IMG/VR virus record: IMGVR_UViG_3300046003_005119
Coordinates: 1 to 62,259 of that record
DNA length: 62,259 nt
Source of the DNA: a virus
Taxonomy: Duplodnaviria; Caudoviricetes
Direction: 5' to 3' (one strand)
Shown: positions 1 to 8,828 of the stretch, in pieces
Layout of the letters: each line of letters opens with the position of its first letter
Numbering within the stretch: position 1 is the first letter of the stretch
Notes under the pieces: model-generated
What the model was told of the DNA's origin: nothing
Database searches by the model: none
Seen by the model: the letters and a program-made list of their open reading frames with translations, nothing else
Made by a program: the position numbers and the translations under genes

Positions 1-3
1 GAA

Positions 4-129
4 TCCAGCGAGGTTCCTGCTGAGAATAGTCGTTACAACCCCAGATCGTTCCAGGCTCTGGAATAAAGATCTTGCGCCATTCACCAGCAATATCAGGATC
101 ACGATCTGGAGAAGGCTGCTGCTGCATGT
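4..129. repeat. Terminal direct repeat (assembly overlap of a circular/permuted genome), left copy
   Basis: 126 bp identical to 62134-62259; the first 3 bases of the window do not match. Unit genome length is about 62,130 bp. Confidence 0.95.
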
Positions 130-1270
130 TGGGATCGCCAGCAGATAGACGTCCGTAGCGAACTCCCTTCTGATCTCCCTCCTCGTCCTCTCGTGCGATT
201 TGGTGGAAACTGCAATGGATGCGCCCGTTGATCATGTAACGGCGAATCGAATCAGCGAAGGTGGTCCTGATCTTATTCACCTTGCGAGCTCGAAGAATCG
301 CAGTCGCTACTGGGTGCTTCGCTCCTGACAACAAGGCTTTATCGATCTGAGGCGCTCCTGTCGAAGTTTTCGACAAACGCATACCGATTGCTTCAAGAGC
401 CGGAGCCAATGCTCCAGGCTTCCACACATCACCGAAGTCAATTCTGACACCAGTTTCGTGTTTGATGAATTGCAGAGCCTGACGCTCTTCGGTCTCTGCC
501 CACAGTTCGATCTGTGCTAGACGATCTTGATCGATGAGAACACCGCGCCGCCGCATACGAACCAAACAGGGCAGAACATCAGTCTCCAAATCCCAGATGG
601 AATTCAGACCTCTCTCACCAATTATCTTATCCTGAGCGCGGAGTATCTCAAGCGGAGAAGCACAGTCTTGTTCTGCATACTCACCAACGTATCTCGCCGG
701 AAGTCGCCATAGTCCCTGCTTTGGGTCAAGCCCAAAGGAACGAGCAGCATCCACAAGCATAGTCTCATCCTTGCCCTCGATTCCATAGCGAGCAGCAATG
801 TTCTTAAGACTATACGACATGTGAAGTTCGTAGATGAGCGGATCAGCGATTTGAATGTCACGGAACCTTGCCTCCTGATTCCATTCGAATCCGTCAGAGT
901 AACCGTAGTCCACGTCATAGGACAGGTTCGCTCCTACGTATTCTCCTGTGAAATGCTTGGTCTGATGCCGAAGGTATCCAAGGACGCCTTCGACATCAAG
1001 ATTATCCCCACCCTCGTGTCTGAAAGGGAGATAGTGCTTTGGGCCTCCGTCAATCGCAAAACCCCATCCAACAGTGTATCCATCACGAAGAGCGCCTGGA
1101 CCGAGTTCACGGATCTTAGGATCTCGTGTTTCACAGTCAATCGCGATTCTCTTGGCTCCCTCCCAGTTGGGGAGATCGCTGAGAGACGGAGGGGACCATC
1201 CAGACTTCGGAGTAAAGAACCCAAGCTGAAGAGGCCCTCCTTGATTGGGATTACTTTTCTTCTTTACCAC
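4..1270 (-). CDS. polA: DNA polymerase family A, N-terminal part (3'-5' exonuclease and thumb); continues across the junction into 61340-62257
   Basis: Missing from the ORF track because it runs off the edge. Manual translation from GTG 1270 gives AIDCETRD (ExoI), GANLSYD (ExoII), YAEQD (ExoIII) and YGRLSAGDPNMQQ, in frame with the ORF at the other end. Joined protein is about 686 aa. Confidence 0.9.
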
Positions 1271-1373
1271 GGCTTTCGATCCATTCCTTGAAACGAATTG
1301 CTGGATCCCACTTCGGCGGAAGCAGGATTAGGACTATGACGATTATCATCAATATCCAATTGAGAGTGGTCAT
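1251..1373 (-). CDS. Small membrane protein (40 aa)
   Basis: MTTLNWILMIIVIVLILLPPKWDPAIRFKEW...: one hydrophobic helix; ATG overlaps the upstream stop codon. Confidence 0.55.
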   Translation of the reverse strand: MTTLNWILMIIVIVLILLPPKWDPAIRFKEWIESRGKEEK

Positions 1374-1528
1374 GAGCCATTCTTCCTTTTTATTCTGACC
1401 AGAAGTTTCAAGGACGATACCGCGTTCTCTTCTGTATCACCTTGTCCTTCACAGTTGGAGAACTCACCGCCCAACAGAAGGGCAGTGAATCTTCCAGTGA
1501 AGACGTCTTGATGAAGCGAATATCGCAT
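1370..1528 (-). CDS. Small protein, HicB N-terminal-like (52 aa)
   Basis: MRYSLHQDVFTGRFTALLLGGEFSNCEGQGDTEENAVSSLK; GQGDT-EE-A pattern; coupled to both neighbours. Confidence 0.45.
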   Translation of the reverse strand: MRYSLHQDVFTGRFTALLLGGEFSNCEGQGDTEENAVSSLKLLVRIKRKNGS

Positions 1529-2157
1529 CATCCCTGACCATCATAACCGAATGGAGCAGGATGACCAGTTCCATGGACATCTGTGGGCGTGTTGCTTGCC
1601 GCGCCCTGCCCTACAGCACAAGCAGCGGCCCCATAGGGCAGGGCAGGCGCGGGGCTTGCGGGGCTTGCGGGTGCTAGGGTAGCGCCCAAGGCTTGCGCCC
1701 CTCCAGCGGCCTTCCCAGCGCTCCGGATTAGGGCATCCAACAGCTGAATCGCAAATTCAAGTTGCTCGCGTCGCTGCCAATCAGACAGAATGCAGCAGAA
1801 CTGGTATTCAAGATCGGGTAGGTTGTTCGCCTTCTTGAAGCGAGCGTTCAATTCGTCGATGTTTTCGGGAGCTTCGATGGACAGCGCGTAGACTGCATCG
1901 AAGTTGACGATCATCTTCTGAACGTAGGTTTTCGCCTTCAGCAAGTCCTGAAGGCCGTTCTTCTTCCACCAGCGCGAAACATACTTCGTCGCGCATCCCT
2001 CGAGATAGCCGAGGCCGACATCAATAGCCCAGTCCCAATGCTGATACTCAGCCTGATAGTGTTCTCCACCCTCTTGGGCAACGAACACTGACTTCCGACA
2101 CATGCACATATTCGTGTCGTGGCCACAGGTGTCACAGTTGGTGTTTCCCATGATCAA
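1528..2157 (-). CDS. DUF3310/SaV-like (T7 gp1.7-like) protein with Ala/Pro-rich tail
   Basis: GGEHY...GYLEGCATKYVSRWWKKNGLQDLLKAKTY signature. Confidence 0.75.
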   Translation of the reverse strand: MIMGNTNCDTCGHDTNMCMCRKSVFVAQEGGEHYQAEYQHWDWAIDVGLGYLEGCATKYVSRWWKKNGLQDLLKAKTYVQKMIVNFDAVYALSIEAPENIDELNARFKKANNLPDLEYQFCCILSDWQRREQLEFAIQLLDALIRSAGKAAGGAQALGATLAPASPASPAPALPYGAAACAVGQGAASNTPTDVHGTGHPAPFGYDGQG

Positions 2158-2702
2158 ACTCCCAGATCGGGCAGGAACGCCCAGTCAGAGTTCTTGCATT
2201 CATGGAAGAGATTGAGAATCGGCTCGGGGAACCTTGCAGCGTCCCGCTTGAACCGGTCCTCGATCGCGGTTTGCATCGTGGTCAAGTTCAGGTTGCCAAG
2301 ACGCTTCTGATCTCTGGCATACAGGTAGAGTTCGAGAATATCGAGGCCCTTGAGCCAGAGATGGAGTTCTTCACTCAGACCGATGAAGTGCTGCTCGCCG
2401 AACAGTTCTTGAAGAACATCGAGTTCTTCCAGAACGACAGCTTCGTTGCTGTTGTGATAGACGTGTTTCAACGCCGGAGAAGGAACGTCTCCGATGACAC
2501 GCTCCGGGATATCGTGCTCGACGATCGCCCAGATGAGTTCCTTGGGTGCATCAACCCAAAGAAGGCGCAGCAGAGTCAGCATGTTGAAAGAGTGATGACC
2601 ATTGGAATATTCGCCAATGGTCCTGATAACATGCAGTCTCTGCACGTCAGCAGCTTCGCGCAGAAACTTCACACGCTCTTGATTTGTGAGCAGCTTATAC
2701 AT
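2154..2702 (-). CDS. HD-domain 5'-deoxynucleotidase (YfbR-like)
   Basis: VQRLH, YSNGHHS, EHDIPERVIGDVPSP, LKGLDILE motifs. Confidence 0.8.
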   Translation of the reverse strand: MYKLLTNQERVKFLREAADVQRLHVIRTIGEYSNGHHSFNMLTLLRLLWVDAPKELIWAIVEHDIPERVIGDVPSPALKHVYHNSNEAVVLEELDVLQELFGEQHFIGLSEELHLWLKGLDILELYLYARDQKRLGNLNLTTMQTAIEDRFKRDAARFPEPILNLFHECKNSDWAFLPDLGV

Positions 2703-3671
2703 TCACTTGATCCTCCGGATGATATATTCACGACAGGCTTTCTGCCAGTCAGTTGCGGCGCATTCTCCAATGGCTTTGAGAGCCATCTCGTGATCCTTGG
2801 CTTTGTGCCAGTTCCACGCTCGAAGCATCGGCAGCGCCACTCGCTTGAAGAACTTGTCGCGATAGCCGATGACTTCTCCATGCTGAACAAACATCTCGAG
2901 ATCTGCCATCCAGTCCTCGATCGGACCGTTCACCATCGGATACGGCGAAACTTCGCCGCTTTCGTATTCAGCTGAAGCAATCGGAAGAGACAAGAGACTG
3001 GAGTGCTTCTCGAAGGTCGACATATATGCGTGGAAGTTTGTTGAGATCTGTTCATAGATGCCGACCTCAACACCGATCCACGCCGCGACGACTTCCTGCA
3101 TCATCGAGAAGTGAACAGCGTTCGCACCGTATGCACCCCAGATCATGTCGTTGGAACGGTTGAAGACATACATGTCCAGCCGACCGTCGACGATACGGAA
3201 GTTCACCATCTGGTTGCAAGGAAAGTCCTTGCCTTCACGACCGAGATCAGAAGCAGGGTCCCACATTCCCATCGATACACGACGGTCATCCGGGTTCTCC
3301 TTCAGAAGCATGGCACAAGTCGCCAACTGATCGACACCGAACCACTCGCGCCAGCGATGACCGTAGGCTCCATGGAAGGTGACACCATCATCGCTGTAGT
3401 TCGCGATCGATCCGTTGAATCGACTGATCCACTCAACATCGTTGCGACCAGCAATCATCCAGAGGCCTTCCATAAAGTGGAAGAACGGATTTGCATCCCT
3501 TTCAGGGAAGAACATCACTCGCTCTTTGGGCTTCTTGTAGACTGTAGTCACAGGAGTCCTGAACACCCTGACAGGACCGTTGCGGCTGTCGCGAAGAATG
3601 CCTTCGTCACGAACAGTGTGAAGCCCAAGGAGAAGGGCTTCAGAGACGTTGCGGACAGTGATCACTCTCAT
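2703..3671 (-). CDS. Thymidylate synthase-fold enzyme, probable dUMP hydroxymethylase
   Basis: GAYGHRWR, PDDRR, catalytic PC (DFPCN), RSND..WG...N with Asn at the dUMP-specificity position, NFHAY; neighbours are modification genes. Confidence 0.85.
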   Translation of the reverse strand: MRVITVRNVSEALLLGLHTVRDEGILRDSRNGPVRVFRTPVTTVYKKPKERVMFFPERDANPFFHFMEGLWMIAGRNDVEWISRFNGSIANYSDDGVTFHGAYGHRWREWFGVDQLATCAMLLKENPDDRRVSMGMWDPASDLGREGKDFPCNQMVNFRIVDGRLDMYVFNRSNDMIWGAYGANAVHFSMMQEVVAAWIGVEVGIYEQISTNFHAYMSTFEKHSSLLSLPIASAEYESGEVSPYPMVNGPIEDWMADLEMFVQHGEVIGYRDKFFKRVALPMLRAWNWHKAKDHEMALKAIGECAATDWQKACREYIIRRIK

Positions 3672-4954
3672 TATGCGAGAACTCCAAAGTGGTTGAACAT
3701 GAGATCCGAGTATTTCTCTCGGATGGATGGATCGTCAGTTCCACGAATCGTGTCGATGGAACCGAAGGCGAGATCGATGACTCGCTGAGCGACGATCTCA
3801 CGGTCGAACATCGGCAGAAGCTGAAGCGCAGCCTCGCGATAATTCGCGGCGAGTTGGTGGCTCATTTCGCCAACCTCGAGCACGAGATTCGCGTATTGCT
3901 CCGGATCGATATGACCATCAGGGATATCCCAGTAGTGAACACCAGCCTCGAAGATCGAATCACCCATTCCCATCGGTCTCGCAATGGGAATAGCACCATG
4001 GATCATAGCATCAACGACAACGCGGTTCCAATGACCGCCGACAGCGGCATATTTGCGCGACCAAGAAGGATCGACAAGAGCGCGGGCGCTTCCGAGCATC
4101 TCTTCCACTTTGGGCGTGTTCCAGTAGCCCTCATGAACCATACCATTCTCAAGAGCAACTTCCCAGAAGCGACCGCCCTGACCACGGCTATCAATCGGAT
4201 GGTAATACTCAGGCTTGCACTTGTCCTCGCTCGTCATGTATTGATACTCGATGCCGAGACCTGCGACATGCCGATATTCGTCGTCACGCTTGGGCGGCAT
4301 GTAGGCGATTGCCTCGATCAACTCGTGAGCATGTTTCCACGCCTTGAAGGTCTGCATGTTGACGAAGCCACGCTTGCGTTCTGCCCAAGAAGCGACCTTC
4401 CGCACTGGGTTGAACTGAGGATTCACGACCAGCGCCCGAGGTGTCGTCAGAAAGTTGGCTCCGTTCAGAGCGCAGTCATGAACGCAGGCAATACCAGAAA
4501 GCTGATCTTGGATCGCCAGAATATGCGGCGCTCCTGACTTTACGTTTCCGTCGTGAACGAAAGCAATCTGCTTGATCGATCTCGGCAGATCATACAGATT
4601 GGTCCATTCATGGTTTCCGAGGTTATCCTTGTTTTTGCTCGGAACAGGAACCGTCCAGATGATAAGGTCATAATCGACCATAATCTGTTTCGCGGTTGCC
4701 AGCGCAGCCGATCCCTTGTAGGCAATCCGGTCATTCCGACGGAAGTTCCAGCCCTTGCCTTGGTCGTGTGGGATTCCACTTGGGCCGACGATCCAGTCAC
4801 CAGTCTTGTTTTGTTCGTGAGCCTTAATGGCATAGACGAACTGTTTGAGATGGACTGTGTGTCCAAGATCTTTCAATCCACCGATCAACTGCTCAGTGTG
4901 ATTGATGATTCCACCAAGGTCCATGACCTGATGCAATGCAACGAGAATTCGCAT
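3671..4954 (-). CDS. GT-B fold glycosyltransferase (probable DNA-base glycosyltransferase)
   Basis: MRILVAL...GGI..H...L...L..LGHTV N-terminus; AFVHD; LVDPS...VVVDAMIHGAIPIA C-terminal GT4-like motif. Confidence 0.8.
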   Translation of the reverse strand: MRILVALHQVMDLGGIINHTEQLIGGLKDLGHTVHLKQFVYAIKAHEQNKTGDWIVGPSGIPHDQGKGWNFRRNDRIAYKGSAALATAKQIMVDYDLIIWTVPVPSKNKDNLGNHEWTNLYDLPRSIKQIAFVHDGNVKSGAPHILAIQDQLSGIACVHDCALNGANFLTTPRALVVNPQFNPVRKVASWAERKRGFVNMQTFKAWKHAHELIEAIAYMPPKRDDEYRHVAGLGIEYQYMTSEDKCKPEYYHPIDSRGQGGRFWEVALENGMVHEGYWNTPKVEEMLGSARALVDPSWSRKYAAVGGHWNRVVVDAMIHGAIPIARPMGMGDSIFEAGVHYWDIPDGHIDPEQYANLVLEVGEMSHQLAANYREAALQLLPMFDREIVAQRVIDLAFGSIDTIRGTDDPSIREKYSDLMFNHFGVLA

Positions 4955-4980
4955 GATACCCCCTGTGCTTTACTCGACCT

Positions 4981-5009
4981 ACAATAGCCCGCACGGGGGC
5001 AAAAGACAA
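4981..5009 (-). promoter_or_regulatory. sigma70-like promoter for the glycosyltransferase/TS operon
   Basis: TTGTCT-N17-TATTGT on the minus strand. Confidence 0.55.
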
Positions 5010-5012
5010 CTT

Positions 5013-5201
5013 CTACTTATCTCTGCTTGCACTACTTTTGATTGCGAAGATAAGCATGATTAAAGGTGTGAAGCCTGAGAATAGGAACATAAAGAACGCT
5101 ACACTCAGGCTCAGATGTTTCTTCTTGATATCATACCAGAAGAGACTCAGCATGAACCACATTGACCACCAGACAATGAGCCAGAAGAGCCAGTTAGGCA
5201 T
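5013..5201 (-). CDS. Small two-TM membrane protein
   Basis: MPNWLFWLIVWWSMWF...; start moved to ATG 5201 to avoid a long overlap. Confidence 0.55.
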   Translation of the reverse strand: MPNWLFWLIVWWSMWFMLSLFWYDIKKKHLSLSVAFFMFLFSGFTPLIMLIFAIKSSASRDK

Positions 5202-6084
5202 GATACTTACTTCTGGGTTTCCCCTGACCAAGACGAACTCGTTCATACTTATCGAACTCGCAGAACGCGAATTGGATATCAGTGGGAACAAGTCTCCCGT
5301 CGTGAGTCCACAGCATCTCTTGCCATTCGCCGATCTTCCGAATTATGTCCATGGATCGTTGTTCAGTGAGAGGAGTTGCAGAGTCATCGCCCAAGAGACG
5401 AGCAGCACCACGACGAGCTCCAGGACCGATAGGAGTCCAGCTATCCCAGTCGACGGGATAAGAGAACGTCCCGTCCTTGGAATGCTCGAACGTCTCGTTC
5501 CAGAAACCAGTGTAGGTCGTGTCGAGCAGAACTTCCTTGGTCATGAAACCAGTTCCACCGAAGCCGCCGATCATACGCATCCGATCAGAGACTTCTTCCC
5601 AGCTTTGGGTCTCTTCAGCAATCTTCACGAGTTGCGGTGTCTTCGCGTGAAGATCCTTGAGAAAGTAGTCGACAACCACTTCCTGCTTCGGAGCGGAGAT
5701 ACCTTGGTTTGTGATGACATATGCTCCGGTAAACACTCGTTCGCGCGAAGCCAGACGTGATTCTGCCAAGTCCTTAATGCCATCAAAGTCGAACGTGTCA
5801 TACTGTTGCCATCCGATCGCTTGTGCAAATTCCCAAGTGCCGAAGTATCTGTATAGCGCACAGTTCATGAGGATGGTGCGCTTGTCATCGTTGAAGTTCG
5901 GCCCATAGAAGAGCCGACGAAGCTGATCGCTCGTGCGATCGTGATGTCTCCTCACGTTTGTGAATTTGTAAGTCCGTAGGATCTCGTCATCAGTCCACGG
6001 AAATGAAAAACCCGCCTCCTTCCGGAGGCGGATCTCTTCGCGTTCGTTGAGATAATCGTAGAACGCTTGCGCCCTGAGGCCCAT
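5194..6084 (-). CDS. aGPT-Pplase1 family (5-hmdU DNA kinase helical-domain-like) protein
   Basis: ERE.IR.RKE.G..FPWTDDEILRTYKFTNVRR..DR, FTGAY, GPGARRG, CEFDKYER...G.G.PR motifs of the family. Confidence 0.8.
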   Translation of the reverse strand: MGLRAQAFYDYLNEREEIRLRKEAGFSFPWTDDEILRTYKFTNVRRHHDRTSDQLRRLFYGPNFNDDKRTILMNCALYRYFGTWEFAQAIGWQQYDTFDFDGIKDLAESRLASRERVFTGAYVITNQGISAPKQEVVVDYFLKDLHAKTPQLVKIAEETQSWEEVSDRMRMIGGFGGTGFMTKEVLLDTTYTGFWNETFEHSKDGTFSYPVDWDSWTPIGPGARRGAARLLGDDSATPLTEQRSMDIIRKIGEWQEMLWTHDGRLVPTDIQFAFCEFDKYERVRLGQGKPRSKYHA

Positions 6085-6086
6085 GA

Positions 6087-6872
6087 TTAGGCCGAGGCCA
6101 CGGGTTCAGCCGGAGCAGCGGCTTTCGCCTCAGCTTTGGCTTTCGCTTCGGCTTCCTTGGCAGCTTTCTTCGCAGCCAACTCGGCGTCACGGGCGACCTT
6201 GGCAGCAGCACGTTCGGCGGCCTTGGTTTCCTTCGACAGATCAGGGTCGACCAGATTGTGCTTCTTATACCAAGCAGCGCGCCGCTCAGTATACTCCGCA
6301 TCGGTCGGCTCGGTCACCTTCATGATGCCCTTGTCGGTCCAGTTGTAGACGTCCCACGGCTCGGTGCCATCGGCCTCGATCACGTCGACGATGGTCATGC
6401 CGTCCTTGTAGTTCGCCCAACGGTGAGCGCGACCGTGGTCGGTGCCGTTGTGTTCGCCGATCTTCGAAATGGTCGAGAACATCTTGCGGGTCGGACGCTT
6501 GACCAGTTGCGGCATGGACGATTTCGCGGGCTTGCGTTCTTTGGGTTCCTTCGGAGCCTTGGGTTCCTTCGGAGCCTTGGGAGCTTTCGCAGGCTTGCCA
6601 GCAGCGACGGGAGCACCAGCATCAGCGGCCTCGGCGGCGGAAGTCGACTCGAACCGCTCCAGAGCCTTCCAGGTCTGCTCGACGGCAGCGTCGTGATCTT
6701 TGAAACCGCGAATGCTGGCGACGCCGAGATTGGTCGCGACGAGGTTCCGCAATTCGAGCAGCTTGTCGTCGGCGAGAGCGGCGAGAGCGGCTTGGGTGTA
6801 GGAATTGCCGAGGAAGGCAATGGTCTTATCGGTCATGATTGACTCCATTTCTACGTTTATTGGAAGCGCCAT
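6087..6872 (-). CDS. Hypothetical protein with KAPKEP repeats and Lys/Ala-rich C-terminus
   Basis: Strong codon bias, GGAGG RBS, own promoter; low-complexity basic segments. Confidence 0.75.
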   Translation of the reverse strand: MALPINVEMESIMTDKTIAFLGNSYTQAALAALADDKLLELRNLVATNLGVASIRGFKDHDAAVEQTWKALERFESTSAAEAADAGAPVAAGKPAKAPKAPKEPKAPKEPKERKPAKSSMPQLVKRPTRKMFSTISKIGEHNGTDHGRAHRWANYKDGMTIVDVIEADGTEPWDVYNWTDKGIMKVTEPTDAEYTERRAAWYKKHNLVDPDLSKETKAAERAAAKVARDAELAAKKAAKEAEAKAKAEAKAAAPAEPVASA

Positions 6873-6894
6873 TGCCTCCAGTGCTAGAGCCTAT

Positions 6895-6923
6895 ACATTA
6901 CAACGGTCCAACACTAGAGGCAA
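6895..6923 (-). promoter_or_regulatory. sigma70-like promoter
   Basis: TTGCCT-N17-TAATGT. Confidence 0.55.
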
Positions 6924-6951
6924 CCTTTATTTGTTCAAGACTGACAAATAA

Positions 6952-8793
6952 CTAGTCGGCGCAGGCTCCCGTCTTACGACCATTTTCATCCAAGGCGCAG
7001 GCTCCGCTAAACCCATCTTCTTCCTGCATCGCGACGACTTTCGCTTGCTCCTCGTCGCGAGCTTCGTTTCCATCGACAGCCTTGATCGGCTCATCGTAGT
7101 TTCCAGCGGGACGATAAGTCGTGCATCCCTTGGCTCCGTTCTCCCAAGCCATGCGATACAGATCCTTGAATTCGTCGAACTTGAAGTTCGCTGGAACGTT
7201 GCATGTTTTGGAAACGGCGCTGTCAACATGACGCTGAGCCGTGCAGAGAACTGCGACATGCTCAGCAGCAGTGATGCCGCCATTGGCAACTGTCCGACCG
7301 CGCGTATCGAGATAGGCCACGCCATAGTCAGGAATGATGACAGTCTTCATGCCATCTTTCATGATCACGTTGCGTTTCTGCTCATAGGCGATGACAGGTT
7401 CAATTCCGGACGAGACGTTGTCTGCATAGAGCGAAATCGTTCCGGTCGGAGCAACCGAAGTCAAGTGTGAGTTGCGGATGCCATACTTGCGAATGAGAGC
7501 GATGGTATCTTCTTCGAGACCTTGAACATATTTCGATTTGAGGTATGCTTCCTGATCATAGAGCGGAAAGCTTCCCTTTTCCTTGGCAAGGAGAGCAGAT
7601 GCCTGATAGCACTTGTTCGCGATGAACCCCATCAAGCGATCTTGGAATTCGATGAACTCGGCAGTCCCATAGGGCAGCCCGAGTGCCTCGAGAGCATTGG
7701 CGAGACCAGTCACCCCGAGACCCATTCTCCTCTTCCTTTGGGCTTCCAGCTTCTGCTGAGGCAACGGATAACGGCTCCGATCGATGACGTTGTCCATAGC
7801 ACGAACGACCGGAGGGATATCCTTCGCGAGCAAGTCCCAGTCGAACGACCATTTCCCGTCGGCACCCTTGACGAGATACTTCACCACGTTGAACGAGCCC
7901 AAGAGGCAGGCTCCGTAGGGAGGGAGAGGCTGTTCGCCGCACGGGTTCGTCGCCGCAATCGTCTCGCAGTAATAGAGATTGTTCATGCGATTGATCTGAT
8001 CGATGAACAGAACTCCAGGTTCTGCCCAGTCGTAGGTTCCACGCATGATCATGTCCCAGAGTGCCTGAGCATCAACTTCGCGATAGTTGCGGCCACCGAA
8101 CTTCAGCATGAACGGACGCCCAGTGGAGACGCACTCCATCAGTTCGTCGGTAATGGCGATCGACATGTTGAAACCGCGCAGCGGACGAAGGTGCCACGGA
8201 ATCGAAGCATCGACAACCTGTTTCGCTCGAATGAATTTCTCGATATCAGGATGGTCACAGCGAAGAACCATCATCTGAGCTCCACGGCGATTTCCGGCCG
8301 AGGCCGTTGCACGACACACCATGTCGAAAATGCTGGCGAATGCAAGAGGCCCATCTGTGACTGACTGAACGCCTTTGATCATGTCCCCAGAAGGGCGCAA
8401 CGTAGAGAAATCATAGCCGACGCCGCCACCTTGGCGCATGGTGATAGCGGCCAGCTTCGCCACGTCCATGATACTCTCAGAGTTGAAGTAGCCATTGCCA
8501 CGCTCGATCATGCGCTCTGCTTCTGTCGGTCCATCGGTGAAGCTGTCATGAATCGTCGGCATGACGAAGCAGTTGTAGAGCGTCACGTTCTTGAGCGATC
8601 CTGCTCCGGCCTGAACTCTTCCGGGAGGCATGAATCTTTGATCCATGGTGATCTCACGAAAGTGCATGTAGTGTTCGTGACTGTCCTGAAGAAATCCAGC
8701 GACTCGATTGGTAGCCTCCCTGTGGTTTTCATTTTCACCACGATATTTCTCTGCACCGATTGCATCACAATGAGGATTCTGAGGTCCAGACAT
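6952..8793 (-). CDS. nrdJ: Ribonucleotide reductase, class II (adenosylcobalamin-dependent)
   Basis: NCFV, GGGVGYDFS.LRP, RRGAQM, TNPCGEQPL, APTGTIS, SKTCN; no small subunit gene seen. Start at 8793 or 8814. Confidence 0.85.
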   Translation of the reverse strand: MSGPQNPHCDAIGAEKYRGENENHREATNRVAGFLQDSHEHYMHFREITMDQRFMPPGRVQAGAGSLKNVTLYNCFVMPTIHDSFTDGPTEAERMIERGNGYFNSESIMDVAKLAAITMRQGGGVGYDFSTLRPSGDMIKGVQSVTDGPLAFASIFDMVCRATASAGNRRGAQMMVLRCDHPDIEKFIRAKQVVDASIPWHLRPLRGFNMSIAITDELMECVSTGRPFMLKFGGRNYREVDAQALWDMIMRGTYDWAEPGVLFIDQINRMNNLYYCETIAATNPCGEQPLPPYGACLLGSFNVVKYLVKGADGKWSFDWDLLAKDIPPVVRAMDNVIDRSRYPLPQQKLEAQRKRRMGLGVTGLANALEALGLPYGTAEFIEFQDRLMGFIANKCYQASALLAKEKGSFPLYDQEAYLKSKYVQGLEEDTIALIRKYGIRNSHLTSVAPTGTISLYADNVSSGIEPVIAYEQKRNVIMKDGMKTVIIPDYGVAYLDTRGRTVANGGITAAEHVAVLCTAQRHVDSAVSKTCNVPANFKFDEFKDLYRMAWENGAKGCTTYRPAGNYDEPIKAVDGNEARDEEQAKVVAMQEEDGFSGACALDENGRKTGACAD

Positions 8794-8828
8794 TCGCTTC
8801 TTCTCCTGAAACATGATTCGTGTCCTAT

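Noticed and set aside
1-129. Terminal repeat as a biological DTR, or polA as a split gene or pseudogene
   Set aside because: The 126-bp overlap is about an assembler k-mer in length and falls mid-gene; the frame is continuous across the join. The first 3 bases look like end noise.
2703-3671. dCMP hydroxymethylase (T4-like glucosyl-hmC pathway)
   Set aside because: The specificity residue is Asn (dUMP type) rather than Asp, and dCMP deaminase and an aGPT-Pplase1 gene are present. Plain thymidylate synthase activity is not formally excluded.
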